DNA of 63,946 nucleotides, the filler included, from Asterionella formosa (taxonomy: Eukaryota): the NCBI GenBank assembly GCA_002256025.1. It is 5 parts of 5 records of this genome, joined end to end, with 100 filler letters (N's around TTAATTAATTAA, not from the genome) between each part and the next. Parts side by side here need not be neighbours in the genome. Positions count along the whole stretch, not along the records: positions 13,213 to 26,296 come from NKIB01006942.1; positions 26,397 to 39,496 come from NKIB01006949.1; 3 more parts are not named here. The stretch is one strand, 5' to 3'. Numbering within the stretch: the stretch's first letter is position 1; the number at the start of each line of letters is the position of its first letter. The position numbers were made by a program, and so were the translations under genes. This document shows, one piece after another, positions 22,552 through 34,419 of this stretch. The notes under the pieces were generated by a model. It did no database searches and was not told the origin of the DNA. It was given only the letters and a program-made list of their open reading frames with translations.

Positions 22552-25500
22552 ATGATAAAAAGAACTTGTCTCTCTATTGATGGGGATGACACGGACACCG
22601 ACTTTTCCAGGAGAAAACAACAAGGAAGAGACCCACTTGTCGCTCTATTGATGGTAACAAAGTTCAACAGCAGTGAATACATGAACAACAATGATCATCT
22701 TGCTGCCTACAATGCAGATAATCCATTCTTACCAAGATTCCGCCCCATTCCAGCTACAGAAGAAGAACTCACGTACAATCTCAGAAATCTCCGCATCCGC
22801 TCCTTGCATTGTAATTCTAATGCTCCTGAAGTTGCCTGGTTCCAAAGTTCAACCACTACTCTTCTTGGTCCCTATGGTGGTCAATATGCCCAAATTAGTA
22901 AAACATTCACAAAACTTGTTACACTTGATTCCGCACACTTCTTTGCATGGTATAATACACTTCGCGCAGCCTTTAATTCCACAGGATTTCACATGGATTT
23001 GCTCCCAAAAGTCATTGACATGGTCTATGATGCTGATCTCCGTGATTCTCCAATTGATGGTGAGCTTCTTGAAGGAATGTGCATCAAATTTGGTCCCAAA
23101 CTTGGTATAACAGCGACTCCTCAGTATTTTCAAGGGGAACATTGTCAATTTAGCAACATTATCTATTCTGCTCTCACCATGGCGACATACTTCCACTTCA
23201 CCAGGGTAATCAAGCTAAGGACATACTTGAGAAATATAGCCCAACTGGAGATGGATTTGGTGTGCTTCAAGATTTTTTACTCTTATTTCACCCTGGTCTG
23301 ACAGATAATCAAGCCCCTAGTTTCCCTGATCATACAGCAAAGGCGCCTCAATACACGCTCACTGGAAATCAGACCACAATGGATGGTCTCACTCGTTACA
23401 ATACGCAATATACGCGATGGCTCGCTCTCTTGCATCTCTACCCTGAACATTCAACTTTTCGTAAATTGGACATTCCCTTGCATTATTTAAATGGTTTAGG
23501 AGTCAATGCTCACTATCTTCAAGAAGAATTATTTGCACTCCGGGTTATCAAAACAAATGATCTCCGACTGTATTCAGAGCACCTTCCAGCAAACAATATT
23601 CCCAAGAGATTACAAGTGGAAAGTCTATACAACAAACTCAAATCACTCCTCCAACATTTACCTACTCCTCGCACCCATCGTTCCACTCATAGGATCACTC
23701 TACCTGCTCATGCTGATTTGGTTTCAGTCTCTACTATTGACATTGCACACACATTGGAATGTGCTCTTCAAGGCCACCCTGATACCACTACTCATGACCA
23801 CAATCCCATTCATGCGCTCATGATTTCGGCCATTAATCGCGCGAGAGTTCCTAATCCTCACCAAATATGTCTCTTTCCTTGGTGTGGTGTCAAACATGAC
23901 CCTCTCTGTTGTTGTATTTGTTTTGGTAGTAACCATAAAACGCCCGATTGTTGGCATCTCAATGGACTCTCAGACAACCGAAAAGAACTACTTGTCAAAG
24001 CACATTATGCTAAAAATGCAACCCCTGCTCGACCTCCTCGTGGTTCTCTTGGTTGCTCTGGTCCACGAGACACCACTCCAGCAAATACTCAACTCTTTAC
24101 AGTTCAGGCTATTTCCGCCATGCCTGCGGACAAGAATGCGGAGCTTACACAACTTCAGTCTGTCATAGATGATATACATATCACATCGAGAGAGAACATG
24201 TATAACATTGCACCATTTTCTCATCAATACAGCTGGAATGTCCCCACTCCTAGATCCCCTGGACTTCATGATATTGACAATGATCAGGTTATCACATCTT
24301 CCCCAGTTTATCACACAGGCATGGTCGCTTTTGTTGCTCATATTCGTGATTCACACAAGGTTGTTGATGACTTAGCTCTGATAAACTCTGATCCCACTGA
24401 AGTTCTTACACATATCTCTTCCTCTCTACCGCACTCCTCCACTTCCTCATCCACCACTGGTCTGGAATTTGCTGCAAACCTCCACGAAGGTGAAACTTTG
24501 ATGCATGTGGAAACTGGAGCAAATGGGAATGTCACTTGCATGAGCAATGAATTACACAATGTTGTGAGCTCCACTGTTCTATGCCAGACTGCTAAACTTG
24601 GTGACGCCGATAAAGTTGGATACATGGGCACACTTTATCCATGTTTCATTTAACTGTTGAACTGGAGGTATCACTTCCCAACACAGTGGAAATGCCACAC
24701 TATCGGCGGCGCTCCCTCAGTATTCATGCTCTCAAACGCCTAGGCTATGAGGCTGATCATCGACTTTGTCGCACAGGTAACCTGTTATGGTTAAAACTTC
24801 CCAAGAACGGGAAAGAATATTTTTTCAAGTTATTGACCTTTGATGATGCAGACTACATCATTGTCTGTTTACATAAACCGTCTTAAGGGATTACCACCTC
24901 TGCTATTGACCTTATCAAAACCATGAAACCATCAGGACTTTATCATCTCATTCATCTTCGAATGGGCTGCCCAGGCCGGCGTGCTATGGAATTATTGCTC
25001 TATGGAACAAGCGTTATGGGTCTCCCTTTGAATGTCCCTATACCAGACACATTCTCCTGTACAATATGTCTCAAAGAAAAACTGCCCTCCTTATCCAGAG
25101 GTCCTACTGTTGAATCTCCTTTCAAGGTTCTTGGAAGTCTTATCCATATGGATTTTGGATTCTATGGTAAACAATCCTGCCGTGGATTCAAATGCTTTTT
25201 AGTAGTCACAGAGGCAATCTCTAATCATCGTTGGACATTCTGTCGTCAATCACACACTACACCAGCAAAACTCATCCTTTGGATCATCCAACACTTGCAG
25301 ATCCGGACTGGCAACCGTGTGTGCCGTATCCGTATGGATGGGGAATTATTTGCTAACCACACGCTCAAGACCGAGTTGTCTCTGCTGCACATCTCGGTGG
25401 AGCCCACTGGCGCGTACTCATCCTCGCAAAACGGAAAAGCTGAGGTCTCAATTAAACTTATTGGACTCACGGCTCAATGTCTCTTATATGGACCCGCTTC

Positions 25501-25690
25501 TCGAGAATGGGGAGAACATGTTGATAAAGTGCTCTGTGGACAACTGGGCCTAATCAAAAATCGCGCAGATCAATGCATCTACCAAGGTACAATTAATCAA
25601 TGTCATGTCATCTTAGCCAGAGCCACTGATGATATTTTGGTCGGAACTTCGTCAGTATTACTTACAGACACCAAAATTGCACCATCAGAC
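22552..25690 (+). mobile_element. Degenerate Ty1/copia retrotransposon (gag-PR-IN, internal deletion, RT fragment)
   Basis: Zinc knuckle CICFGSNHKTPDC, protease-like HVETGAN, pre-integrase HLRMGC..CTIC, integrase IHMDFGF / IRMDGE / QNGKAE, then RT-like WGEHV..ADQCIY..ARATDDILV. Several frameshifts. Confidence 0.85.
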
Positions 25691-26296
25691 TACCCATTTA
25701 TAAAATCCGTGCTACGGCCTGCACTACCGTAGTGATATTTTCTACATAGGATCACGATCAGATTCATGTAAGATACGGTATGTATTTTGTAGTAGCCAAC
25801 GGCCGTAGGCTACCCGGTACATACATGTAATGGGACATACCGGTACTAGTAAAGTATTGCAAGCATTTTGTATCATGTATATAGGTTACTACCGGTAATG
25901 AATTTTTAACTACCAGTAAGGCACTCCTTGCTGACGTCATTTTGTCGCTGCACCACATTGCACCACGATAGACCTACTGGTACCTGGTACCTGGTAGTCT
26001 CCTTGTACCGGTAGGTAGTTAAACTCGACAGGGTTTTTTTTTTGACACCAACAGGCTGACGTCGACGACATGCATTATTAATTAGTCTTCTTATTGTACT
26101 ACCGGTACCTGGAGTACAGGCATTGACTATTCACACACAGGTACCATTTATTCCTCCGAAATTGAAAGCAAGCAACCCATTTTCATTAATACGTCGCTTT
26201 TTCACAATTTTTACGTTTTCCTCCCCGAGTTTGAACAGTGTTTCACCGTCACAACTGGAATTCAAATTAAAACAAAACTGAACTTCCGAGGACTAT

Positions 26297-26396
26297 NNNN
26301 NNNNNNNNNNNNNNNNNNNNNNNNNNNNNNNNNNNNNNNNTTAATTAATTAANNNNNNNNNNNNNNNNNNNNNNNNNNNNNNNNNNNNNNNNNNNN
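26297..26396. other. Artificial contig spacer
   Basis: N44-TTAATTAATTAA-N44. Confidence 0.97.
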
Positions 26397-27255
26397 TTTG
26401 TGGATGCGGATATCGGCGCCAACAACTGCTTGTGCTGTTTGTTCTTTGGCAGTCGATATCAAGGGAAAATGTGATAAAGGAAAAAATAATAATTGAATCG
26501 AAATTAGGTACTCTTTACTTAATTATGTGGTGAGACCAGCATAATATTGCCGTGAAGTGGCGTAATTTCGCCATTATACCGTTATGAGGGCTAGTTGGAA
26601 AAAAATATTGTTGCGAACTCACATAATTATTGGTTTGATCACATAATTATTAGATAAGTAGAATAAATTTTGTTTTAGAACACATACAATCTACGTAACC
26701 CTAATCCTCTATAAGTAAATGTGTACCGGTAGTTGAGCGGGATTTCTCACCTGGTAACTGGTACTATACTTCTATGTACCCTATCGTACTGCGACATAAA
26801 TGTACCGGTACACCACGAGCGGTAGCAAGAATGATACGTTCGTAGAAATTATCATTGCTTTCTTTCTCGTGCTTCCTTCCCATAAGTAAGAGTAGACTAC
26901 CGGTAAGAATATAAAGTATGGGCAGCGCAGCAGCAAACAATCATGACTACTCATGGGCGATATTGCTCCCTCAGCCCTTTCACCATCAGCATGATACCGG
27001 TACGGTAGTAGGGTAACGAATGATACCAAACCAGCGGCACAACATCACCTTGTTCTTGGCATCAGCCTGAATGTTATAGTACAATACCGATAGCTAATAC
27101 CGATACACTCCCTGAACTACCAGGCTACTTACTGTAAATGGGTTGGTGTGACGTAAATCAGCAATCTCGCATCGCCCATCCTGAACAACAACTGATTTGT
27201 CAGCGGCGCTCAAGAAGCCATTGAAATCAATCGCTGACGCTGACACTAATCCAAA

Positions 27256-28710
27256 ATGTCCTTCAAGCCCAGAAACAGTCAAGGCGGCGGAGTTCCGGAT
27301 GCTCAAGATGCCGAACAGCAAGCAGCGGAACGGAATCTCAAACGCAAATGCATAGACTATCATACCCCCGCGGTTATTGATATCACATCCCGGTTGTATC
27401 GAAAGTTTTCAACGTGTCCGTCCTCGTCCTCTCAATTGTACCTACAACCACATTCATCGTATCTACGTCTCATGGGAATGCCCATTGCTACCACCGCTAC
27501 TACATCATCATCCGAAGCACTCTTGACTCACTTGGCACATGTCACTCGGGCCAAGAACTCGACTCCTGTCCTGTGCCTGTCATGGACTCCCGGTGGTCGA
27601 CGTTTGCTGACTGGCAACCAAGATGGGGAATTCACATTATGGGATGGGATATCCTTTGGCTTTGAACTCATAATGTCGGCACATGAACAATCCTTCCGTT
27701 GCATGGCATGGTCACATAATAGAAATTATTTACTCACCAGTGATGCCGGGGGGAACATCAAATATTGGTCACCATCCATTGCACCAGTCCAGTCCTTGGA
27801 TTCACATGATGGGCAAGCCATTCATTCATTAAGCTTTGCACCATCCGATACCAAGTTTGTGTCATGTGGAGATGATGCGACAGTTAGGATCTGGGACTGG
27901 GCGACTCATGCAGAAGAACGAGTGTTGGAGGGACATGGGTGGGATGTTAAATGTGTCCAGTGGCATCCACGGTCCAGTGTTATTGCTAGTGGATCAAAAG
28001 ACAATTTGGTCAAATTGTGGGACCCAAGAGCCGGGAGTACTCTCTCCACGCTCTATGGACACAAGAATACAGTTACCAAAGTTGCATGGAATGACAATGG
28101 CAACTGGTTGTTGACAGCAAGTAGAGATCAGTTGATTAAACTATATGATATTCGAAACATGAAGGAATTGGCGTCATTTAAGGGACATCACAAGGAAGTC
28201 ACGTCAGTTGCATGGCATCCACTGTATGAATCCATCTTTTGTTCCGGGGGGATGGACGGGACTCTTTTATTTTGGAATGTCGGTCCCAAGGGACACGATG
28301 AACCTACTGCAAAGGTACCCTTTGCACACGACATGGCCATTTGGGATCTAGCATGGCACCCATCAGGACATATGTTGGCCACTGGATCGAATGATCGGCA
28401 AACAAAGTTTTGGTCGAGAAATAGGTTGGGAAGTACAGTTGGACTCCCAGAAGAAGACCAATCGACAGCAGCGGTGATGCAAGATGAGATGGAATTGGGA
28501 AATCATGTTGGGATTGTTATTGGTAAACGTGGAGCGACAATTATTAGTATGCAACGAGCAACAGGGACCAAGATGCATGTAGACCAAGTGAGACGCGTCT
28601 TGCAAATTGAAGGAACAGCCAAACAGATTGAAACGGTAAAAAAGAGAGTAGGAGCATTGCTAGAACGTGTCAGCAACGAGTCCAGAGAAGGTGGTGTGTT
28701 CATGGGGTAG
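27256..28710 (+). CDS. WDR33: WDR33/PFS2/FY pre-mRNA 3'-end processing WD40 protein with C-terminal KH domain
   Basis: RKCIDY N-terminal motif, [55 protein letters not shown]-terminal [20 protein letters not shown] is a KH GxxG motif. Confidence 0.9.
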   Translation: MSFKPRNSQGGGVPDAQDAEQQAAERNLKRKCIDYHTPAVIDITSRLYRKFSTCPSSSSQLYLQPHSSYLRLMGMPIATTATTSSSEALLTHLAHVTRAKNSTPVLCLSWTPGGRRLLTGNQDGEFTLWDGISFGFELIMSAHEQSFRCMAWSHNRNYLLTSDAGGNIKYWSPSIAPVQSLDSHDGQAIHSLSFAPSDTKFVSCGDDATVRIWDWATHAEERVLEGHGWDVKCVQWHPRSSVIASGSKDNLVKLWDPRAGSTLSTLYGHKNTVTKVAWNDNGNWLLTASRDQLIKLYDIRNMKELASFKGHHKEVTSVAWHPLYESIFCSGGMDGTLLFWNVGPKGHDEPTAKVPFAHDMAIWDLAWHPSGHMLATGSNDRQTKFWSRNRLGSTVGLPEEDQSTAAVMQDEMELGNHVGIVIGKRGATIISMQRATGTKMHVDQVRRVLQIEGTAKQIETVKKRVGALLERVSNESREGGVFMG

Positions 28711-28830
28711 AACAAAATGAACAAAATTTCAAAATCTATAGTTTATCTAAATCATCATGGTGCCATACTGTGAGTATGACGAAGATATCGTAAGCCAACT
28801 CGTCCTTGGATTTGACAGGAATAAACAACG

Positions 28831-30357
28831 TTAACTTAAATTACTCCCGTGGGTTTTGATCAATCGTCCCATGGATTCTGGATTTTGCCGATGACAAATG
28901 TGAGCAGTGGATGGACAATTCTCACCTTCGTGTTGACAATTCCCCAGCGGCTTCTTTGATCCGTAGATGTAGCCAAGCGACTTATCGAGATTAAAGTACG
29001 GGAGGTCTTCTTTGGGTTGAAGAATGGACGGTAAGGCAAGATTGTAATAATTCAAATAATAACCCACAATCCAGTCCCCATGAAAGCAGTAGCCTGGGTG
29101 ATGTCTCCAATCTTCAACGTTTCGATATGGATTTGCAGTAGCATGGGCTCGCATTAGATCAGAGACCGACATGCCATTCCGAAAGGCCGACTTTTCTCCA
29201 AATGTGTTTTTTTCTATTCGGAAGCAAGCGTGATTCAAAAAGGCTTGATATTCGTCGTCAGCGTTGCCAAACGTCGTGTTTCTGGAACTTCCGTGTTGCG
29301 AATCATTGTCACTACTACTATTAGTACCAGCACCCGACCCACTAATAATGGTCGTATCATTACAAAAGATTGGTCGAGTCAATCGCTGCACAGTCGCCCG
29401 ACTCAAGATAGTTCCAAATCCACCAAATGGAAAGGAAAAATTCATCATGTGGATGGGCATGTGAACAAGACAACCGGCAGTGGCGAAAGGGACTTCTGGA
29501 TCTACCTTGGAGAAAATGTCTTTCTCCAATAATTCCAAGTTAAAGTAGGTGTCATCATCTTGAATCAACAGAAAATCAGGCAATACACCTTCAGAGTGCT
29601 TGGCCTCGCGTTGATAAAATTTTCCAACCTTTCCCAATAGCGATGCAAACCGCTGATTACCGCAAAGCCATCCAGATGGATTCGTCCTGTTGAAAAGATA
29701 TGCTCCACGTGCATAAAATGACTTTGTCAATTGTTCCGATTCCTGTCCAAGAGCTCTGTTGGTGGTACTACACACTTTGGATACGTTTTTAACAAGATCA
29801 AGAGTCATCGTTTGAACACAGGTTGGATCTGAATCGTCGGTTTCAGTAGCACCAAAGAAGTACCTTACAGTAGTACCTCGTCCACCCCAGGTTTCAAGTT
29901 GGGCTTTTATAAAATCAGATTTGGCGTGACATCCGATAGTGGCGGCATCAACGATATATTTTGTCGATGACAGAACATTTGTATTCGACATGGAGGCTAC
30001 TAGCTTTCCTTCCTTCTGAAATTGCTCCAAAGGAATTCCTCTCTTCCACACAAACGTTGTTAGACTATCTGAATCATGCATGTGTTGTTGCTTCTCGTGA
30101 GGTACTGTCAAGGAATGGTGCGAGGACACTATTCGCTCCTTCTTGTCGGAGGGTGAGATCCTGGCGAAAACAGATGCTGTACTATTGTTCGTATCAGCTT
30201 GTAATGAACCGGTAGATGTTGGTAGGAGACCATTGAAGCTGCTTTGAAATTGAACTTGTTGTTGTGACACAACTATATAATGAATTGAAAAGCAGAGCAG
30301 ACAGCCAAAGAGTAGGATTAATTCCTCGTTTCGTTTTGGAACAAAACGCTGCATCAT
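28831..30357 (-). CDS. Type II membrane glycosyltransferase-like protein (Fringe/GT31-like)
   Basis: First ATG at 30357; N-terminal hydrophobic anchor, ETWG, FLLIQDDDTY (DxD), FGGFGTILSRA. Confidence 0.65.
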   Translation of the reverse strand: MMQRFVPKRNEELILLFGCLLCFSIHYIVVSQQQVQFQSSFNGLLPTSTGSLQADTNNSTASVFARISPSDKKERIVSSHHSLTVPHEKQQHMHDSDSLTTFVWKRGIPLEQFQKEGKLVASMSNTNVLSSTKYIVDAATIGCHAKSDFIKAQLETWGGRGTTVRYFFGATETDDSDPTCVQTMTLDLVKNVSKVCSTTNRALGQESEQLTKSFYARGAYLFNRTNPSGWLCGNQRFASLLGKVGKFYQREAKHSEGVLPDFLLIQDDDTYFNLELLEKDIFSKVDPEVPFATAGCLVHMPIHMMNFSFPFGGFGTILSRATVQRLTRPIFCNDTTIISGSGAGTNSSSDNDSQHGSSRNTTFGNADDEYQAFLNHACFRIEKNTFGEKSAFRNGMSVSDLMRAHATANPYRNVEDWRHHPGYCFHGDWIVGYYLNYYNLALPSILQPKEDLPYFNLDKSLGYIYGSKKPLGNCQHEGENCPSTAHICHRQNPESMGRLIKTHGSNLS

Positions 30358-31411
30358 AGCAATATAGTGCTGCAGGACGCTGGTATACTTTTCATGTTCG
30401 TTGATGAATTGATTCAAGTATGTGGTTCATGTTCCAGGTAAGTACCGTACTAGGAGTACTACATGATAGTAAGAGGGAGTAATGCTTTCAACTCAAAGGC
30501 ACATTTATATAAAATTGTGAACATATTTTTCGTGCTATCATAGCGCTTTTGTTATATTTTATGACAGTTTCAATTTAATTCAATTCAATGTATATTAAAT
30601 TTTTAATAGTTTGATAATGATAATTAAAGTAGCATTTATTATATCCATATCCAATGTGTACATTCATGATGCTAGAACAGCGAAAATAAGCTTCGTTGAC
30701 AAAAGTTGGTCACACTCCTCTCGTGACAATGTTTCACCAGTCATCGTCGCAAGTGGCAGCCATCATGATTTCTCATTCTTTTCTTTTCTGGCTGAAAGAA
30801 GGTTGAAATTCCAGTAAATGTCGTCGTGCCGCCACACGTCTGCTGGGAACCTACATAGGATTTGTGATTACTGGTAATATCTACCGGTCATATTTGACAT
30901 AACGGGTAAATCGTCACAACATCATGGCAGCCGATTATTAGGACTGTGTAGTATCCGATACACCGGTTCGGTAGGTCGGAGCGGTTCTACATAGCGATTT
31001 GTATTACATTGTTAGATATCATAAAATGAGAGACAGTATAGTACTGGAGTAGTTACTAAAAATAGATTCATTTTCGAGCTCAAGTTTAGGAGACAGTGCT
31101 CCTGTTCTCGTCGTGTTCGACATATTTGTTTCAACGTCCCCCAGCGACGCAACACTTTGGAATTTATACCATTGAAAGGAATTGGGATGTCTCTGTTTCA
31201 TCATCAAATGGGCAAGGTGGATGTTTACTTGTCAACCTTTTGATAAAATAGGGAACAATGATACTTTTCTATGGGGTTTTCCACCATGCTTCGACCCAAA
31301 CAAGTTATGGGAGTTTGTATCTTCGATATTGACAAATAAGAAATCAAACTTATTTCAAGGAAGCAAACCGCAGCAAAAGCATTCATGAATATCTTGTTGC
31401 ATGGACCATGA

Positions 31412-34192
31412 TCAGTCCAAAGGCCATTCTGGCAACATGATTGTGTGTTGAGATGCAATTCGTTTCGGAATTTTGTAGTTTCGACGCGAATGCCGAGCTT
31501 CCGACTGGAGCTCCTCGAAATCTTTCATGGCGCCTTGAAGGACTTGTTTGTCGAAAATGCCATAGTTTGACTCTGCTTTCAACAGACTTCCTGGGGCGAC
31601 TTTTTCGTTGTTCAACAAATTTGGATAAGTACTTTCCAAAATTTCTCTTAAGTGACGGACTCCACTGAAACCCCTTTGACAACATTTTTGATAAGCCTTG
31701 GCAACCACCTCATCTTCTCCCATTTCAGCAGCTGCTTGGAAGAAATAACCAAAAGTGTACTCGTCAGGAATTAATACCTTTTTAAAAGTTGATTGAGCCA
31801 CAACGAAAATGGATTTTCGCAGGACGTATTCATAGTCACACGAAAATGCGCAAGCCGCCAATATTTCATTGTAGATTCGAGTGGTTGGTACAATACCACG
31901 GCCTTGCAACTCCCAAAGTAAATCCCGAGCCCTGAGCGCCTTGTCTTTATTGGAACTTCGTGCCAAGCATTGTATCATGAACTGGTAGGTGTATTGATCC
32001 GGCTGGCATTGAAATGATTCTTGCATTTCATTGTAAATTTCATAAACCCTGCCAACTTGATCCACTTCTGGATCTTTATTCCAGATCCAGGAAAAAATGA
32101 CAGAATTAAAAATCTTTGTCGAAGGGACTAGTGATGGATCTCGTGCGCTCCGCTTCAATATATCTGCCAACCAATATTCAGCAGCACTTGGGCTACGCTG
32201 ATGAGCTACTGTTGTCATCAGGTACTCAAAAGTCTCTGTCGTTGGCTCCAAGTATTTATGTTTGTTGTGCAGTGCCCTCATTTTCATAAATACATCATTT
32301 GACTTTTTCAAGGCTTCATCACTTTGTACTTTTGACCATGCTTCCAACGAGCGGTTGAACCAATCGATTAGAGGAAACGCATAATGTTCTCGTCCTTCAA
32401 AACTGGAAATAATTTCCATTAGCATCCCATGTACTCTGGGGGCGTCGTGTACATTGCACGCCAGGAGGGCAGTATACGTCTCCGAATTCAGTGGAACTTT
32501 TAATTCTTTCATCTTGTCTATAATCGCTTCTGCTCGTGCTGATGACTGATCTGGATATCCGCTTCTAGACCAAGCATACAACACAAGATTAAACATATCC
32601 ACCTTCAACTGTACATTGATTGGCCCCCCTTTGTAACTGACAAACGAAAGGTCGCCACTTTGGAGACTGCCAATCATCTCCATCAACAGCTCATCAGCAT
32701 GGGATGCAGCCCAATGTTTGGTCTTTTTGTTGTTGGTACTACTATTCGTCACGCACTCTAATAGCTCCGTAAAGACACGGAGAAATATTTCCACATTTCG
32801 ATTCAATTCCAATCCCAGGGGCGTATCGTTGTGTAGCATCTCACGATATATTTTTTCGGCACGTATCGGATCTGGTATTCTGCAACAGGCACTTATTGTG
32901 GTGTAGAACGATAAATAATCCGGTTTGACTGTGCTCGTTCCACGTTTATAGTCCTTGAGGAGTTTCATAAGGACAGATTCAGCCTTGCCGTGTACATGTG
33001 GTCGCTTGGCGTATATTGACAAAAGGCCATTGTAACAATCAATGACGGTGGTGGTGGGATGAGGTTGTTGTTCCTGTGACTCCACCACCTCATGGTGGTC
33101 CTTACTTGATAAAATCACGTTATTCTCCATATCTTTCAAAAGTTGTTTCACCTGTTGTTCAGCATCGTCATGTCCTGATCGAACCCACGTCCAAATTAAA
33201 TGTCGAATGGACGTAATATTTGGTTCCAATCCATATAGTTTCATTGTAGATAGTACTTTTATAGCACAACGAGGTGCAGAACGAGAAGTACATCGACTCC
33301 ATGCTTCTAATGCATAGTTGAATGTTTCCAATGTGGGACGTAGGGACTCGTCATTTGTATCTGGTTGGTGGCAAATATCCTCCAAAACCACTTGAGTACA
33401 AAGTTTCGCAGATTCCAAATACTGGAACGTTGGTTTCTTTCTCAGTGACCAAAACTTTAACAATAGATGATATGTTTCCAAATTTGGTTTCACCTGAACA
33501 ATTTTAGTTTCATTGTATAGTTCCCACATGGCATTCAATAAGGATATTGTTTTATTTTGAATGACTTCGGACTCATGAGTAGTATGTTTCATCCATCCTC
33601 GCATAACAAGATGAAAGGCTTCTCTTGTCACTACTATTGTATCTGTTGTTGGTTTTTGATGCCAACTGTTGATTTTGATGTTTGGGTTGATAGTAGGATC
33701 ATCATGATAGATTTGTAATTGTTGTTCCATCATGAATGACAATAAGTGATCCATTTCTTCACACTTTCGATGTTGCAGATAGTTGTTGAGTAATACATGG
33801 TACTGATCTCTTGTCAGGATTTGATGCGGTTCAATTTTGTTATTATTTTCCTGTTTGTATTTGTATATCCATTGTAATTGTTGTTCCAATGCTGCCACGT
33901 TGTTGTTGATTGTAGTAGTTGAATTGTTCTGTGGCTTCATTTGGAGTATCTGTCTTTCTTTCTTTAGAGATAACAATGGTTGAAGAACTTGATCTAATTT
34001 TTCTCGCCAGAAAAAAGTATTGTTGTTGTTGATGGCTGACGAGAACTCATGACTACTGGTAGGATAAGTGCCGATATTCCAACAAGCCACAGGGCGTCGA
34101 TGATAGAGTTGAAACTGAAACAATGATTGCTGATGCTTCGTTTTCGTCATACCAACAAGAAAACTACCATTATTTGATCTCATGCGAATCAT
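31412..34192 (-). CDS. Pentatricopeptide-repeat (PPR) protein, probably organelle-targeted
   Basis: 926-aa ORF with ~35-40-aa repeats such as PTLETFNYALEAWSR, PDYLSFYTTISACCR, PSTKIFNSVIFSW, PDQYTYQFMIQCLAR and PTTRIYNEILAACA; basic, acid-poor N-terminus. Confidence 0.85.
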   Translation of the reverse strand: MIRMRSNNGSFLVGMTKTKHQQSLFQFQLYHRRPVACWNIGTYPTSSHEFSSAINNNNTFFWREKLDQVLQPLLSLKKERQILQMKPQNNSTTTINNNVAALEQQLQWIYKYKQENNNKIEPHQILTRDQYHVLLNNYLQHRKCEEMDHLLSFMMEQQLQIYHDDPTINPNIKINSWHQKPTTDTIVVTREAFHLVMRGWMKHTTHESEVIQNKTISLLNAMWELYNETKIVQVKPNLETYHLLLKFWSLRKKPTFQYLESAKLCTQVVLEDICHQPDTNDESLRPTLETFNYALEAWSRCTSRSAPRCAIKVLSTMKLYGLEPNITSIRHLIWTWVRSGHDDAEQQVKQLLKDMENNVILSSKDHHEVVESQEQQPHPTTTVIDCYNGLLSIYAKRPHVHGKAESVLMKLLKDYKRGTSTVKPDYLSFYTTISACCRIPDPIRAEKIYREMLHNDTPLGLELNRNVEIFLRVFTELLECVTNSSTNNKKTKHWAASHADELLMEMIGSLQSGDLSFVSYKGGPINVQLKVDMFNLVLYAWSRSGYPDQSSARAEAIIDKMKELKVPLNSETYTALLACNVHDAPRVHGMLMEIISSFEGREHYAFPLIDWFNRSLEAWSKVQSDEALKKSNDVFMKMRALHNKHKYLEPTTETFEYLMTTVAHQRSPSAAEYWLADILKRSARDPSLVPSTKIFNSVIFSWIWNKDPEVDQVGRVYEIYNEMQESFQCQPDQYTYQFMIQCLARSSNKDKALRARDLLWELQGRGIVPTTRIYNEILAACAFSCDYEYVLRKSIFVVAQSTFKKVLIPDEYTFGYFFQAAAEMGEDEVVAKAYQKCCQRGFSGVRHLREILESTYPNLLNNEKVAPGSLLKAESNYGIFDKQVLQGAMKDFEELQSEARHSRRNYKIPKRIASQHTIMLPEWPLD

Positions 34193-34419
34193 ACTAACAA
34201 AAAAAACGAGGTGGTCCTTGATGATGAGAAATGAGAATGAGAATGAGAATGAATGGACAATGAGACGGAATACTCGTCGTCGTCGTCGTTCATATAGCTG
34301 GCAATAATCATCAGTATATATTTATATATTTTTTTTACATAGTAGAGCTGGTATGTTAGTTTTTTTGATGGTGACTCAAACTGTTCAGGCATCTTTACAA
34401 TTTGCTTTTGTATATGTAG

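Larger units (their letters stand above)
15566..25778. mobile_element. Candidate large decayed DNA transposon with long degenerate TIRs, interrupted by a copia element
   Basis: TGATCA-rich 15566-15800 resembles the reverse complement of 25690-25778 plus 22160-22329. It encloses a tandem array, + strand pseudogene pieces and a convergent Ulp1-like pseudogene. TIR similarity judged by eye only. Confidence 0.4.

Noticed and set aside
25722..25734. CACTA...TAGTG as CACTA transposon termini
   Set aside because: Only 13 bp in total; reads equally as a TA-CCG-TA insertion.
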